Shown: positions 54,625-64,000 of the stretch, piece by piece
How positions within the stretch are numbered: position 1 is the stretch's first letter
How the letters are laid out: each line of letters begins with the position of its first letter
Assembly: GCA_964512325.1 (NCBI GenBank)
Contig: CAZEGN010000001.1
Span: forward strand, 89,483-153,482
Direction: 5' to 3'
Origin: an uncultured Candidatus Peribacteria bacterium
Lineage (GTDB): Bacteria; Patescibacteriota; Gracilibacteria; RBG-16-42-10
DNA: 64,000 bases
Position numbers and translations under genes: made by a program
Notes under the pieces: generated by a model
Seen by the model: the letters and a program-made list of their open reading frames with translations, nothing else
What the model was told of the DNA's origin: nothing
Database searches by the model: none

Positions 54625-56694
54625 ATGGCTGATCTCGCCAAGTTACGTAACATAGGTATTATTGCTCATATTGATGCCGGTAAGACTACTGTCTCAGAGC
54701 GTATTTTGTTCTACACTGGAAAAACATATAAAATTGGTGAGGTACATGAAGGTGAGGCTACAATGGACTGGATGGAACAGGAGCGTGAGCGTGGTATTAC
54801 CATTACCTCTGCTGCCACCACTTGTTCATGGAAAGATGTACGCATTAATCTTATTGATACTCCTGGCCACGTAGATTTTACAGTTGAAGTAGAACGTTCA
54901 TTGCGTGTATTGGATGGCGGTGTTGCTGTATTTGACAGCTCACAGGGTGTGGAGCCTCAATCAGAAACAGTATGGCGCCAGGCTGATAAATATAATGTGC
55001 CCCGTATTGCTTTTGCCAATAAAATGGATAAAACCGGTGGTGATTTCTTCATGACCTTAAACTCTATTCATGCTCGTTTGAGTAAAAATGCAGTTGCCGT
55101 TCAATACCCAATTGGAAAAGAGGGCGGATTTATGGGAGTAGTGGATCTTGTCCAAATGAAAGCTGTTACTTTTGAGGGTCAACATGGCGAAAAGATTGTT
55201 GATATTGAAATTCCTGCCGATATTAAAGACAAGGTGAATGAGTTTCGTGCGACCTTGATCGAGAAAGTATCTGAGCATGATGATGCTTTGATGGAGAAAT
55301 TCCTTGAAGGAAAAGAACCAAGCACAGAGGAAATCAAAGCCGCTCTACGCAAAGCAACAATTGCTGGCAAGCTTTATCCTGTACTTTGTGGTACAGCGCT
55401 ACAAAACAAGGGTGTACAATTAGTGCTAGATGCTGTAGTGGACTATCTCCCCTGTCCTCTCGACTTGCCCGCTATCAAAGCAACAAATCCTAAGACAAAT
55501 GAACCAGAAGAAGTGAAACCTGATGACAATGCACCATTCTGCGGTCTAGCGTTCAAAATTGCAACCGACCCCTTCGTAGGTAAATTAATTTTCTTCCGTG
55601 TATATTCTGGTGTAATGAAATCTGGAAGCTACATTCTCAATTCCTCTACTGGTAACAAGGAACGCATTGGTCGTCTTGTTCAAATGCACGCTAATAGCCG
55701 CCAAGAAGTTGAAGAGGTACATGCCGGTGATATTGCTGCCGCAATCGGCTTAAAAGACACTATTACTGGAAATACACTCTGTGAGCCGGAGCATCCATTG
55801 CTACTTGAATCTATTAAGTTTCCAGAACCAGTTATTCAAATCGCTATCGAACCAAAAACCAAAGCCGATCAAGATAAAATGGGTATCGCGCTAAATCGCT
55901 TGGCTGAAGAAGATCCAACTTTCCGTGTTTCAAGCAACGAAGAGACAGGTCAAACTTTAATCGCTGGTATGGGAGAATTGCACTTGGAAATCATTGTCGA
56001 TCGCATGAAGCGTGAATTTAAAGTGGAGGCGAATGTTGGTAAACCTCAAGTTGCGTATCGTGAGACAATTCAAAAAAGCGTTGAACAAGAAGGTAAATAC
56101 ATCAAGCAAAGTGGTGGTCGTGGACAATATGGTCATGTGTATCTCCGTCTCGAACCAGTTGAGCCAGGTGTGGGATATTCTTTCGAGAGCGAAATTAAAG
56201 GAGGCGTCATTCCACAAGAATATATTCCCGCCATTGATAAGGGTGTGCGCGAGACTATGAAAACTGGTGTACTTGCTGGTTATCCAATGGTAGATGTAAA
56301 AGCAGTAGTTTTTGACGGTTCATTCCATGATGTAGACTCATCTGAAGTTGCCTTCAAAGTAGCAGCATCTATGGCATTCAAAGACGGTTGTAAGAAAGCA
56401 AACCCATGCTTATTAGAGCCTATCATGAGTGTTGAAGTTACCACTCCTGAGGATTTTATGGGAGACATTATGGGCAACCTCAATTCACGCCGTGGTCGTA
56501 TCGAATCGATGGAAGACCGAGGCATGGCTAAGGTTATTAAGGCAAAGGTGCCACTAGCAAATATGTTTGGTTACGCTACTGATCTACGCTCAATGAGCCA
56601 AGGACGCTCTGCTTACAGCATGGAATTTTTCGCTTATGAAAAAGTGCCACAGAATGCTGCTGATTTGATCATTAAAGAAAAGTCAGGTGCCTAG
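54625..56694 (+). CDS. fusA: elongation factor G
   Basis: [26 protein letters not shown] and domain IV/V motifs. Confidence 0.97.
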   Translation: MADLAKLRNIGIIAHIDAGKTTVSERILFYTGKTYKIGEVHEGEATMDWMEQERERGITITSAATTCSWKDVRINLIDTPGHVDFTVEVERSLRVLDGGVAVFDSSQGVEPQSETVWRQADKYNVPRIAFANKMDKTGGDFFMTLNSIHARLSKNAVAVQYPIGKEGGFMGVVDLVQMKAVTFEGQHGEKIVDIEIPADIKDKVNEFRATLIEKVSEHDDALMEKFLEGKEPSTEEIKAALRKATIAGKLYPVLCGTALQNKGVQLVLDAVVDYLPCPLDLPAIKATNPKTNEPEEVKPDDNAPFCGLAFKIATDPFVGKLIFFRVYSGVMKSGSYILNSSTGNKERIGRLVQMHANSRQEVEEVHAGDIAAAIGLKDTITGNTLCEPEHPLLLESIKFPEPVIQIAIEPKTKADQDKMGIALNRLAEEDPTFRVSSNEETGQTLIAGMGELHLEIIVDRMKREFKVEANVGKPQVAYRETIQKSVEQEGKYIKQSGGRGQYGHVYLRLEPVEPGVGYSFESEIKGGVIPQEYIPAIDKGVRETMKTGVLAGYPMVDVKAVVFDGSFHDVDSSEVAFKVAASMAFKDGCKKANPCLLEPIMSVEVTTPEDFMGDIMGNLNSRRGRIESMEDRGMAKVIKAKVPLANMFGYATDLRSMSQGRSAYSMEFFAYEKVPQNAADLIIKEKSGA

Positions 56695-56703
56695 GTAAAG
56701 TAG

Positions 56704-56754
56704 AATTCGGAATTCAGGATTTGGAGTTAAATTCCGAACCCCGAATTCCGAATT
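56704..56754. repeat. 12-bp perfect inverted repeat (AATTCGGAATTC / GAATTCCGAATT) with a third competing copy
   Basis: Arms 56704-56715 and 56743-56754. The inner AATTCCGAA (56730-56738) can pair with the first arm instead. It lies just after the fusA stop. Confidence 0.6.
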
Positions 56755-56765
56755 TAAAAAAGTGC

Positions 56766-56794
56766 TTTACAAAGAACACCTTTTCCGTTAAAGT
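56766..56794 (+). promoter_or_regulatory. candidate promoter of tuf
   Basis: TTTACA - 17 nt - TAAAGT. Confidence 0.45.
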
Positions 56795-56867
56795 CATGAC
56801 GCTTTTTTTCAAGCAATAGGTTTCGTTTATTAAAATTTACTCTTAAATATCATTATTTTTCAATATT

Positions 56868-58061
56868 ATGGCTGATGTATTTCAACGCACAAAACCTCAT
56901 GTAAATGTAGGTACAATTGGTCACGTTGACCACGGAAAAACCACCCTTACCGCTGCTCTAACAGCAGTTGCTGAGAAGCAAGGTTGGGGAAAGGCTAAGG
57001 ATTACAAAGATATCGCAAAAGGTGGTATTGAACGTGATTCAAGCAAGACTGTAACAATTGCTACAGCCCATGTTGAATATGAATCAGCTACTCGCCACTA
57101 CGCTCACGTTGACTGTCCAGGTCACGCTGACTACGTAAAAAATATGATTACTGGTGCGGCTCAAATGGACGGTGCTATCTTGGTAGTTTCTGCTGCTGAT
57201 GGACCGATGCCACAAACTCGTGAGCATATCCTTTTGGCTAGCCAGGTTGGTGTAAAAAATATTGTGGTCTTCTTAAATAAAGTTGATCTAGTAGATGATC
57301 CTGAGTTGTTGGATTTAATTGAGGTAGAAATTCGTGACCTTTTGACCAAATATAAATACGACGGTGCTAACACACCAATCGTGCGCGGTTCAGCTGTTAA
57401 GGCACTTAACGCTCCAGCTGATGCAGATGCTGCGGCTCCAATTTTGAAGCTGCTTGAAACCTTGGATCAATATATTCCAGAACCTGTTCGTGTTCTAGAC
57501 AAGCCTTTCCTAATGTCAGTTGAGGATGTGTTCTCAATTAAGGGACGTGGAACTGTTGCTACTGGAAGAATTGAGCAGGGTGTTGTAAAGGTAAATGAAG
57601 AGGTTGAAATTGTAGGCTTGCGTGATACTCGCAAGACTGTGGTTACTGGTGTTGAGATGTTTAAGAAATTGCTTGATCAAGGTCAGGCGGGAGATAATGT
57701 AGGGTTGCTTCTTCGTGGTATTGAGCGTGAAGATATCGAACGTGGTCAAGTATTGGCTAAAACTGGGACAATCCAGCCACACACAGACTTTGATGCTGAG
57801 GTGTATATCTTGAGCAAGGATGAGGGTGGTCGTCATACTCCTTTCTTCAAGGGTTACAAGCCACAGTTTTACATCCGCACAACAGATGTAACCGGTGAAA
57901 TTGAATTGCCAGCTGGTGTTGAAATGGTAATGCCTGGTGACAACATTCAAATGAAGGTAAAACTAAGTGTGCCAGTCGCTATCGAAGAGGGTGTGCGTTT
58001 CGCAATTCGTGAAGGTGGACGTACTGTTGGTGCAGGTGTAGTAGCAAAAATCACTAAGTAA
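56868..58061 (+). CDS. tuf: elongation factor Tu
   Basis: [25 protein letters not shown] and a typical 397-aa length. Confidence 0.98.
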   Translation: MADVFQRTKPHVNVGTIGHVDHGKTTLTAALTAVAEKQGWGKAKDYKDIAKGGIERDSSKTVTIATAHVEYESATRHYAHVDCPGHADYVKNMITGAAQMDGAILVVSAADGPMPQTREHILLASQVGVKNIVVFLNKVDLVDDPELLDLIEVEIRDLLTKYKYDGANTPIVRGSAVKALNAPADADAAAPILKLLETLDQYIPEPVRVLDKPFLMSVEDVFSIKGRGTVATGRIEQGVVKVNEEVEIVGLRDTRKTVVTGVEMFKKLLDQGQAGDNVGLLLRGIEREDIERGQVLAKTGTIQPHTDFDAEVYILSKDEGGRHTPFFKGYKPQFYIRTTDVTGEIELPAGVEMVMPGDNIQMKVKLSVPVAIEEGVRFAIREGGRTVGAGVVAKITK

Positions 58062-58091
58062 TTCATTTAATCGCTGATAATCGAGCATTCT

Positions 58092-58418
58092 ATGGCACAG
58101 AGCAATAAACCTAAAATTCGTATCAAGGTAAAGGCATATGATCATCGTGTAATCGATGCTGCTGCCAAGGTAATTATTGAAACAGCAGAGAGAACTGGTG
58201 CGCTTATTGCTGGACCAATTCCTCTTCCTACTCGAATCAAGAAATTTACAGTTTTGAAATCGACTTTTGTTCACAAGAATGCTCGTGATCAGTTTGAAAT
58301 TCGTACTCATAAAAGAATTATTGATATTACAGAAAGCACTTCAAAGACTATTGATGCTCTCAGTAGCATCACCCTCCCTGCGGGAGTTGAAATTGAAGTG
58401 AAGATGTTAGCAGCATAA
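58092..58418 (+). CDS. rpsJ: 30S ribosomal protein S10
   Basis: [15 protein letters not shown]...GPIPLPT and operon position. Confidence 0.96.
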   Translation: MAQSNKPKIRIKVKAYDHRVIDAAAKVIIETAERTGALIAGPIPLPTRIKKFTVLKSTFVHKNARDQFEIRTHKRIIDITESTSKTIDALSSITLPAGVEIEVKMLAA

Positions 58419-58461
58419 AGAATCGTTCTTTAATGCTCATTTAACCGCTCTTATTATTTAT

Positions 58462-59040
58462 ATGAAAGGATTATTAGGAAAAAAAATTGGCATGGCCCAA
58501 ATCCCAAATGCAAATGGGAAATTGACTGCTGTGACCTTAGTAGAAGTTGAACCAAACACAATTCTACAAATTAAGACAGCTGAAGGTAAAAATGCATTAG
58601 TATTAGGTACTGGAGTTCGTAATAAGTTAAAAAAGAATAGCTATAGCAATTACGCATTTATTCGCGAGATTGCTTTTGAAAGCATAGAAGGACTCGACAA
58701 GACCAGCAAAATTAGTTTAGACATTTTCCAAGCTGGAGACACCGTGAATGTGGTTGGAACATCAAAAGGTAAAGGTTTCCAAGGTGTTGTAAAACGCTAT
58801 GGATTCAAAGCAAATCCAGATTCACATGGTCATGAAGATCATCGTGAGCCAGGTGGCTTTGGTGGACGTACATGGCCAGGTCGTGTTTCTAAAGGAAGAC
58901 ATCTTCCAGGACATATGGGTCTTGATACCGTTACGCTTAAAAATCGTCAGATTGTGACGATTGATAAGGAGATGGGTATTCTTGCTATTAGTGGTCCTCT
59001 ACCAGGAGGCATCAATAGCTTTGTGAAAATTTGGCAGTAA
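58462..59040 (+). CDS. rplC: 50S ribosomal protein L3
   Basis: GLLGKKIGM, SKGKGFQGVVKRYGF and operon order. Confidence 0.95.
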   Translation: MKGLLGKKIGMAQIPNANGKLTAVTLVEVEPNTILQIKTAEGKNALVLGTGVRNKLKKNSYSNYAFIREIAFESIEGLDKTSKISLDIFQAGDTVNVVGTSKGKGFQGVVKRYGFKANPDSHGHEDHREPGGFGGRTWPGRVSKGRHLPGHMGLDTVTLKNRQIVTIDKEMGILAISGPLPGGINSFVKIWQ

Positions 59041-59056
59041 TCGGATTTATATATAT

Positions 59057-59887
59057 ATGCTTACAATTCCAGTTTATAATACACAGGGTAAAGAACTTGA
59101 GAGCCTATCTCTGTCTAAAAACATTTTTGGCTTAAAGGTGAAACCATCTCTCTTGCACTTGGTATCTACCATATTCTTGGCTAATGAACGTAAAGGTACA
59201 GCGAAGGTAAAAACACGCGCTGAGAGACGAGGTGGCGGTCGCAAGCCATTTAAACAAAAAGGTAGTGGTAGTGCCCGTGCTGGTACCACACGTAGTCCAA
59301 TCTGGAGAAAAGGTGGCCGTGTATTTGGTCCTACAGGCGAACAAAACTACCATCGCGAATTACCTAAGAAAGTTCGTGTAAAGGCATTTTTAATGAGCTT
59401 GTCAGCTAAGGCTCAAGCTAAAAGAATTGTAGCAATGGATAGTCTTAAACTTGATACAATTAATACTAAGAGCTTTGCCGAGATTATCAGCAAGTTACCC
59501 GTCAATCGCTCAACCTTATTGGTTCTACCAGCAAAGGATCAAAACATTACCCTTTCTAGTAGAAATATTCCAAATGTCACTACCCGTACATTTGATAACA
59601 TCAACACACTTGATGTACTTACACATGAATATATTTTGGTATTAGCGGACGCTGTGCCAATGATTGAAAAGAAATGGGGAGAATATAGCTTTAAGGGAAT
59701 AATGACAGATGATGAACTAAGCGCTGCTTTGCAAAAGAGTGAAAGCCAAACAATCAAAGCAGAAAAGCCTGCTAAGGCAGCACAATCAGCAAAGCCAACT
59801 AAAGAGCCATCAGCAAAAAAAGCATCAAAAGCAAAAGTAGCTGCTAAAAAAGGACCTAAGTCCTCTGCTAAATCTTCTAAAGCATAA
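59057..59887 (+). CDS. rplD: 50S ribosomal protein L4 with ~70-aa Lys/Ala/Ser-rich C-terminal tail
   Basis: RRGGGRKPFKQKGSGSARAGTTRSPIWRKGG and operon order. Confidence 0.95.
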   Translation: MLTIPVYNTQGKELESLSLSKNIFGLKVKPSLLHLVSTIFLANERKGTAKVKTRAERRGGGRKPFKQKGSGSARAGTTRSPIWRKGGRVFGPTGEQNYHRELPKKVRVKAFLMSLSAKAQAKRIVAMDSLKLDTINTKSFAEIISKLPVNRSTLLVLPAKDQNITLSSRNIPNVTTRTFDNINTLDVLTHEYILVLADAVPMIEKKWGEYSFKGIMTDDELSAALQKSESQTIKAEKPAKAAQSAKPTKEPSAKKASKAKVAAKKGPKSSAKSSKA

Positions 59888-59889
59888 GT

Positions 59890-60174
59890 ATGAACCACCT
59901 ATATAATGTTATTTCTCATCCAGTAATCAGTGAAAAAAGTGTTTCTCAATCTGAGAGCAATCACTATATTTTTTCTGTCGCTAAAGAAACCAACAAGATT
60001 GATGTAGCAAGAGCTATTAAAGCAATTTATGGCATTACACCTGTAAGCATAAAGATTATTCGTCTCCCCAAGAAAGTTTCTGGCCGTGGTCGTGTTAAAA
60101 GAAAAGAAAAGAAGAAAGCAATTGTAGTTCTCAAAAAGGACGAAAAGCTTGATTTGACTAAAATGCAATTCTAA
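59890..60174 (+). CDS. rplW: 50S ribosomal protein L23
   Basis: VISEKS...YIFSVAKETNKIDVARAIKAIYG and operon order. Confidence 0.93.
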   Translation: MNHLYNVISHPVISEKSVSQSESNHYIFSVAKETNKIDVARAIKAIYGITPVSIKIIRLPKKVSGRGRVKRKEKKKAIVVLKKDEKLDLTKMQF

Positions 60175-60195
60175 AAGTATTTAACCTATAATCTT

Positions 60196-61041
60196 GTGCC
60201 AATCATTAGCTATAAACCTACAACTCCAGCTCGTCGCCATGGAAACAAAGAAGACTACTCTTCTTTGTCACCTAAAGCACGTCCACAAAAAAACTTGCTT
60301 GTTCGTCTTAAAGAGAATGCAGGACGTAATAATCAGGGTCGTATCACCACACGCCATCGTGGTGCCGGTAGTCATCGCCGTATGTATCGTGTGATTGATT
60401 TTACTGGAAAAATGAATGTTCCTGGTGTTATCAAGACTGTGGAATATGATCCAAATCGAAATGTGCGGATTGCATTGGTACATTATCGTGATGGTGACAA
60501 ACGTTATATCCTTTTGCCAAACAAGGTAAAAGTTGGTTTTGAAATATTGACCTCAGCAAAAGCTCCAATACAGCGAGGTAATCGTATGATGCTGAAGAAT
60601 GTTCCAGAAGGTATCGATATTTTCAATATCGAGATTTATCCTGGTCGTGGTGGCCAAGTAGTAAGAACTGCTGGCAGCAGCGCTCGCCTGGTTTCACTTG
60701 AAGGCGAATACGCTCAAGTAAAGATGCCATCTGGAGAAATTCGTCTTTTTCATAAAGATTGCATGGCAACTATTGGTACATTGAGCAATGCTGAATTTGT
60801 AAATGTAAATCTTGGGAAAGCGGGTAGATCTCGCTGGAAAGGTATTCGTCCTACAGTTCGTGGTAAAGCTATGAATCCTAACGACCATCCTCATGGTGGT
60901 GGTGAAGGTAGAAATCCAATTGGTATGCCACATCCTAAAACACCTTGGGGCAAACCAGCTCTTGGTACCAAGACACGTAGGAACAAGCGTACAAATCGTT
61001 GGATCGTTCGAGATGTGCACGGTTTAGCTAAAGTTAAGTAA
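60196..61041 (+). CDS. rplB: 50S ribosomal protein L2 (GTG start)
   Basis: [19 protein letters not shown] and [14 protein letters not shown]. Confidence 0.97.
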   Translation: MPIISYKPTTPARRHGNKEDYSSLSPKARPQKNLLVRLKENAGRNNQGRITTRHRGAGSHRRMYRVIDFTGKMNVPGVIKTVEYDPNRNVRIALVHYRDGDKRYILLPNKVKVGFEILTSAKAPIQRGNRMMLKNVPEGIDIFNIEIYPGRGGQVVRTAGSSARLVSLEGEYAQVKMPSGEIRLFHKDCMATIGTLSNAEFVNVNLGKAGRSRWKGIRPTVRGKAMNPNDHPHGGGEGRNPIGMPHPKTPWGKPALGTKTRRNKRTNRWIVRDVHGLAKVK

Positions 61042-61046
61042 ATACT

Positions 61047-61334
61047 ATGTCTAGAAGTTCAAAAAAAGGTCCTTATGTTGACCCAAAGCTGTTAAAGAAA
61101 ATTGATGCTCTTAATAAGGGTGGTCAAAAAAAGCTTATTAAAACATGGGCACGTTCATCCAGCATTCATCCTGATATGGTGGGTCACAACATTGCTGTTC
61201 ATAATGGCAAAACACATGTACCAGTATTTATTACTGAAGAAATGGTTGGCCATAAATTAGGAGAATTTGCTGCTACCAGAAAGTTCGTCAAGCATGGTGG
61301 TAAGCTTCCTGGGGCAACAGCCGCTAACGTTTAA
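61047..61334 (+). CDS. rpsS: 30S ribosomal protein S19
   Basis: [11 protein letters not shown] and [27 protein letters not shown]. Confidence 0.97.
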   Translation: MSRSSKKGPYVDPKLLKKIDALNKGGQKKLIKTWARSSSIHPDMVGHNIAVHNGKTHVPVFITEEMVGHKLGEFAATRKFVKHGGKLPGATAANV

Positions 61335-61344
61335 TCACTGATAT

Positions 61345-61674
61345 ATGAAAGCATATTCTCGTTATCTTCGAATCTCACCTTATAAACTTCTTGTGATTAC
61401 CGGAATGGTACAAGGGAAAGATGTAAACTATGTTCTTAATCTTCTTGAATTTCTTCCCAAGAAAGGCGCTCGCCTTTTGCATAGAGTAATTAAGTCAGCT
61501 GCCAGCAACGCGGAAAACAATTTCAAAGTGGCTAGCAAAGATTTAGTAGTAAGCAAAATTGTAGTAAATAAGGGACCTGTATTAAAACGCGGTCTGCCTG
61601 TATCAAGAGGACGCTGGCATCCAATCTTAAAAAGAACCTCTTACGTTGAAGTAGAATTAGCTATGAAAGCATAA
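61345..61674 (+). CDS. rplV: 50S ribosomal protein L22
   Basis: RISPYKLLVITGMVQGKDV...AASNAENN and operon order. Confidence 0.93.
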   Translation: MKAYSRYLRISPYKLLVITGMVQGKDVNYVLNLLEFLPKKGARLLHRVIKSAASNAENNFKVASKDLVVSKIVVNKGPVLKRGLPVSRGRWHPILKRTSYVEVELAMKA

Positions 61675-61684
61675 CACTAGATTT

Positions 61685-62392
61685 ATGGGACAAAAAGTTC
61701 ATCCATTTTCATTTCGTCTAACGGTAATTCGCAATTGGAGCTCCAACTGGTTTGGTGGTCGCAAAAAGGATTACGAACAATCAGTACAAGAAGATATCAA
61801 ACTACGTAAGTATTTGAATAAAAAACTAACTGATGCTGGTATTGCAAAGATTGATATCTCGAGAAACAATCAAAGTATCTCAGTGACTCTTCATACCTCA
61901 AAGCCAGGTGTAATTATTGGTAAAAGTGGTGCTAATATCGAAATCCTCCGTGAAGATTTGAAAAAATTAATGAACAAACCCATTGATGTTAAAATCTTTG
62001 AGGTTAGAAAAGCAAATGTTGTGGCAGCATTAGTAGCACAAAAAATTGGTCAACAGATTCAGCGTCGAGTTGCATATCGTCGTGCAATTAAGGGTGCAAT
62101 TCAAGAAGCACTTGAAGATGGTGCTCTCGGTATTAAAGTAGCAATTGGTGGTCGCCTCAATGGAGCGGACATTGCTCGCCGTGAAAGTTATAAGGAAGGA
62201 AACATCCCACTTCACACACTCCGCGCTGATGTTGATTACGCTATTTACCATACTGAAACTACCTTTGGTATCATTGGTATCAAAGTGTGGGTTTATAAAG
62301 GCCTAGTATTTGATCGCGACGCTATATTTGCTAGCCAAGACACCGAGTCAAAAGCTAACAAAAAGTCCGAAGAAGAAACTATGACCTCATAA
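61685..62392 (+). CDS. rpsC: 30S ribosomal protein S3
   Basis: MGQKVHP..FRL and the KH domain GVIIGKSGANIE. Confidence 0.96.
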   Translation: MGQKVHPFSFRLTVIRNWSSNWFGGRKKDYEQSVQEDIKLRKYLNKKLTDAGIAKIDISRNNQSISVTLHTSKPGVIIGKSGANIEILREDLKKLMNKPIDVKIFEVRKANVVAALVAQKIGQQIQRRVAYRRAIKGAIQEALEDGALGIKVAIGGRLNGADIARRESYKEGNIPLHTLRADVDYAIYHTETTFGIIGIKVWVYKGLVFDRDAIFASQDTESKANKKSEEETMTS

Positions 62393-62454
62393 TCTAGTTG
62401 ACTACACAACAATTTTACTTATAATGACAGGGCCTAAAATGGCCTAAATATCAT

Positions 62455-62862
62455 ATGTTACAGCCTAAGAAGACAAAATATCGCAAATGGCATAAGGACA
62501 CCCTAGCAGGTGCCGCAACCAATGGAACAACACTCAGTTTTGGTTCATTTGGTTTAAAAAGTATGTCACGAGGTCGTATTACCTCACGTCAGCTTGAAGC
62601 AGCACGCCAAGCGATGACTCGTGCAATCAAACGTGGTGGAAAAATCTGGACAAGAATATTTCCTCACAAGCCATTTACCCAAAAAGCATTGGAAGTTCCA
62701 ATGGGTTCAGGTAAGGGTAATGTTGAATTTTATGCTGCGATTATAAAACCTGGACATATCCTTTTCGAAATCGATGGAGTATCTCGTGAATTGGCAGTAG
62801 AAGCTTTCACTTTAGCTGGCCACAAGCTACCCGTAAAATTTAAAATTGTTGAAAAATCTTAG
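62455..62862 (+). CDS. rplP: 50S ribosomal protein L16
   Basis: [11 protein letters not shown] and RMGSGKG-like [12 protein letters not shown]. Confidence 0.96.
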   Translation: MLQPKKTKYRKWHKDTLAGAATNGTTLSFGSFGLKSMSRGRITSRQLEAARQAMTRAIKRGGKIWTRIFPHKPFTQKALEVPMGSGKGNVEFYAAIIKPGHILFEIDGVSRELAVEAFTLAGHKLPVKFKIVEKS

Positions 62863-62865
62863 TAT

Positions 62866-63060
62866 ATGTATACACTCGCTGAACTACGCAATCTTACCCC
62901 AGCCGAGCTCAAAAAGGAGCTAACTAAAGCAAAACAGAATGTGTTTCGCTTAAGTATGTCAGTTCGTACCGGTGCAGAGAAGAACACTAGTCTTGTAAAG
63001 AAAGCAAAGCTTTACGTGAGTCGAATTCTCACCGTAATTAATTCACTTCCAAACGTATGA
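62866..63060 (+). CDS. rpmC: 50S ribosomal protein L29
   Basis: Size, ELRNLTPAELKKELTKAKQNVFRL and operon order. Confidence 0.9.
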   Translation: MYTLAELRNLTPAELKKELTKAKQNVFRLSMSVRTGAEKNTSLVKKAKLYVSRILTVINSLPNV

Positions 63061-63455
63061 GATTCAAAACTGGTGTCGTAGTCGGCACAAAAATGGCAAA
63101 AACTCTTGTAGTACAGGTAGAGAGCTTAAAAGCTCACCCTAAGTATAAGAAGCAATATAAAGTGAGCACTAAGTTTTATGCTCACAATGAAGATGCTTCA
63201 ATCAAGCTTGGTGATGAAGTTACAATTGTTGAAACTCGCCCACTTAGTAAACTTAAGCGCTGGCGTGTGATTTCTGAAAAAGAATATTCTGATTTGACCA
63301 AGAGTAATGACACAAAGAAGAAAGAAACTAAAGTACAGAAGCCTGCATCAGCTAAGAAAGTATTCTTACTTGATTATAAAAAGCGTGTTAAGAAACCTAA
63401 GGCTGGAGCAACCGAAACTGCTGCACCTGAGGCTGAAACTTCATCTGCATCCTAA
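63057..63455 (+). CDS. rpsQ: 30S ribosomal protein S17 with ~50-aa Lys-rich C-terminal tail
   Basis: GVVVGTKMAKTLVVQVE..HPKYKK...HNE...GDEVTIVETRPLSK. It overlaps the rpmC stop by 4 nt. Confidence 0.92.
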   Translation: MRFKTGVVVGTKMAKTLVVQVESLKAHPKYKKQYKVSTKFYAHNEDASIKLGDEVTIVETRPLSKLKRWRVISEKEYSDLTKSNDTKKKETKVQKPASAKKVFLLDYKKRVKKPKAGATETAAPEAETSSAS

Positions 63456-63465
63456 ATTCTAGTAT

Positions 63466-63834
63466 ATGATTCAACAACAAACGGTTGTAAATATTGCTGA
63501 TAATACCGGCGCTCGCACATTGATGTGTATCAAAGTGCTTGGTTCAACTAAGGCTCGCTATGCTCGTGTCGGTGACGTGATTATTGGTGCAGTAAAAAAT
63601 GCACTCCCCACTGGAACAGTAAAAAATCATGAAGTGGTGCGTGCAGTAGTTGTTCGAACAAAGAAAGAATATCGCCGCCAAGATGGCTCTTATGTTCGCT
63701 TTGATGACAATGCTGTCGTTATTATCGGTGGTGATGGAGAGCCTCGTGGTACTCGTATTTTTGGACCAGTAGCTCGTGAGCTTCGTGATAAAGGCTATAT
63801 GAAAATTGTTTCATTAGCTCCTGAAGTTGTTTAA
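63466..63834 (+). CDS. rplN: 50S ribosomal protein L14
   Basis: [17 protein letters not shown]...IRFDDNAVV. Confidence 0.97.
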   Translation: MIQQQTVVNIADNTGARTLMCIKVLGSTKARYARVGDVIIGAVKNALPTGTVKNHEVVRAVVVRTKKEYRRQDGSYVRFDDNAVVIIGGDGEPRGTRIFGPVARELRDKGYMKIVSLAPEVV

Positions 63835-63846
63835 TTTAAAGCTTAT

Positions 63847-64000
63847 ATGAAAATCAAGAAGAATGATAACATCATAGTCATTGCTGGTAAGAGCAAAGGT
63901 AAGACAGGCAAAGTATTGCAAGTTTTTCCAAAAGAAAATGCTGTACTAGTAGAGGGAGTAAACTTGGTTACTCGTCATGTCAAAGCTCGCCAAAATGTGC
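63847..64000 (+). CDS. rplX: 50S ribosomal protein L24, N-terminal part (runs off window)
   Basis: Own translation [51 protein letters not shown] (KOW motif). The position after rplN fits. Confidence 0.9.
   Translation, partial: MKIKKNDNIIVIAGKSKGKTGKVLQVFPKENAVLVEGVNLVTRHVKARQNV

Noticed and set aside
1-64000. CRISPR arrays, rRNA genes, IS/transposases, and alternative genetic code (UGA recoding as in some CPR lineages)
   Set aside because: No regularly spaced direct repeats or rRNA signatures were seen. Long conserved genes (rpoB, rpoC, fusA, the A2M-like ORF) are uninterrupted in the standard code, and TGA terminates at least the recombinase ORF.

Overview
AT-rich bacterial chromosome segment (by eye roughly 40% GC, not computed). 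It reads in the standard code: long core genes are intact and TAA/TAG/TGA all serve as stops. Three TrbC/VirB2-like 'pilin' paralogs, an MBL-only ComEC-like protein, compact overlapping operons and r-proteins with Lys/Ala tails are reminiscent of Patescibacteria/CPR-type genomes. Taxonomy cannot be fixed from this window. Layout: 1-8.5 kb holds a PKD protein, pilin-like genes, a ComEC-like gene, mscS, ferredoxin, an SLH surface protein and folD. 8.6-14.8 kb holds a minus-strand operon (GT2, two APH-fold kinases, histidine phosphatase, nucleotidyltransferase, FAD oxidoreductase) plus a hydrolase. 15.0-19.6 kb holds tRNA-Arg(GCG), partly overlapped antisense by a large serine recombinase gene that heads a small integrated element (HTH, Rep-like, SpoVG-like, unknowns). 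20.2-21.8 kb is the most unusual locus: promoter -> T-box riboswitch -> tRNA-Tyr(GUA) with archaeal/eukaryal identity features -> archaeal-type TyrRS, all on one strand. 21.9-25.5 kb holds a structured leader and three secreted/membrane proteins with DUF3761-like or Cys-rich tails. 25.8-45.3 kb holds housekeeping and envelope genes: trxA, miaB-miaA, serS, SbcC-like, a 1944-aa thioester-less alpha-2-macroglobulin, a CsaB-like pyruvyl transferase, SH3b, DUF1653 and a 3D/PG-binding protein. 45.3-64 kb holds rpoB-rpoC, rpsL-rpsG-[NYN insert]-fusA-tuf and the S10/spc ribosomal operon up to the start of rplX. No CRISPR array, rRNA gene or transposase was seen.
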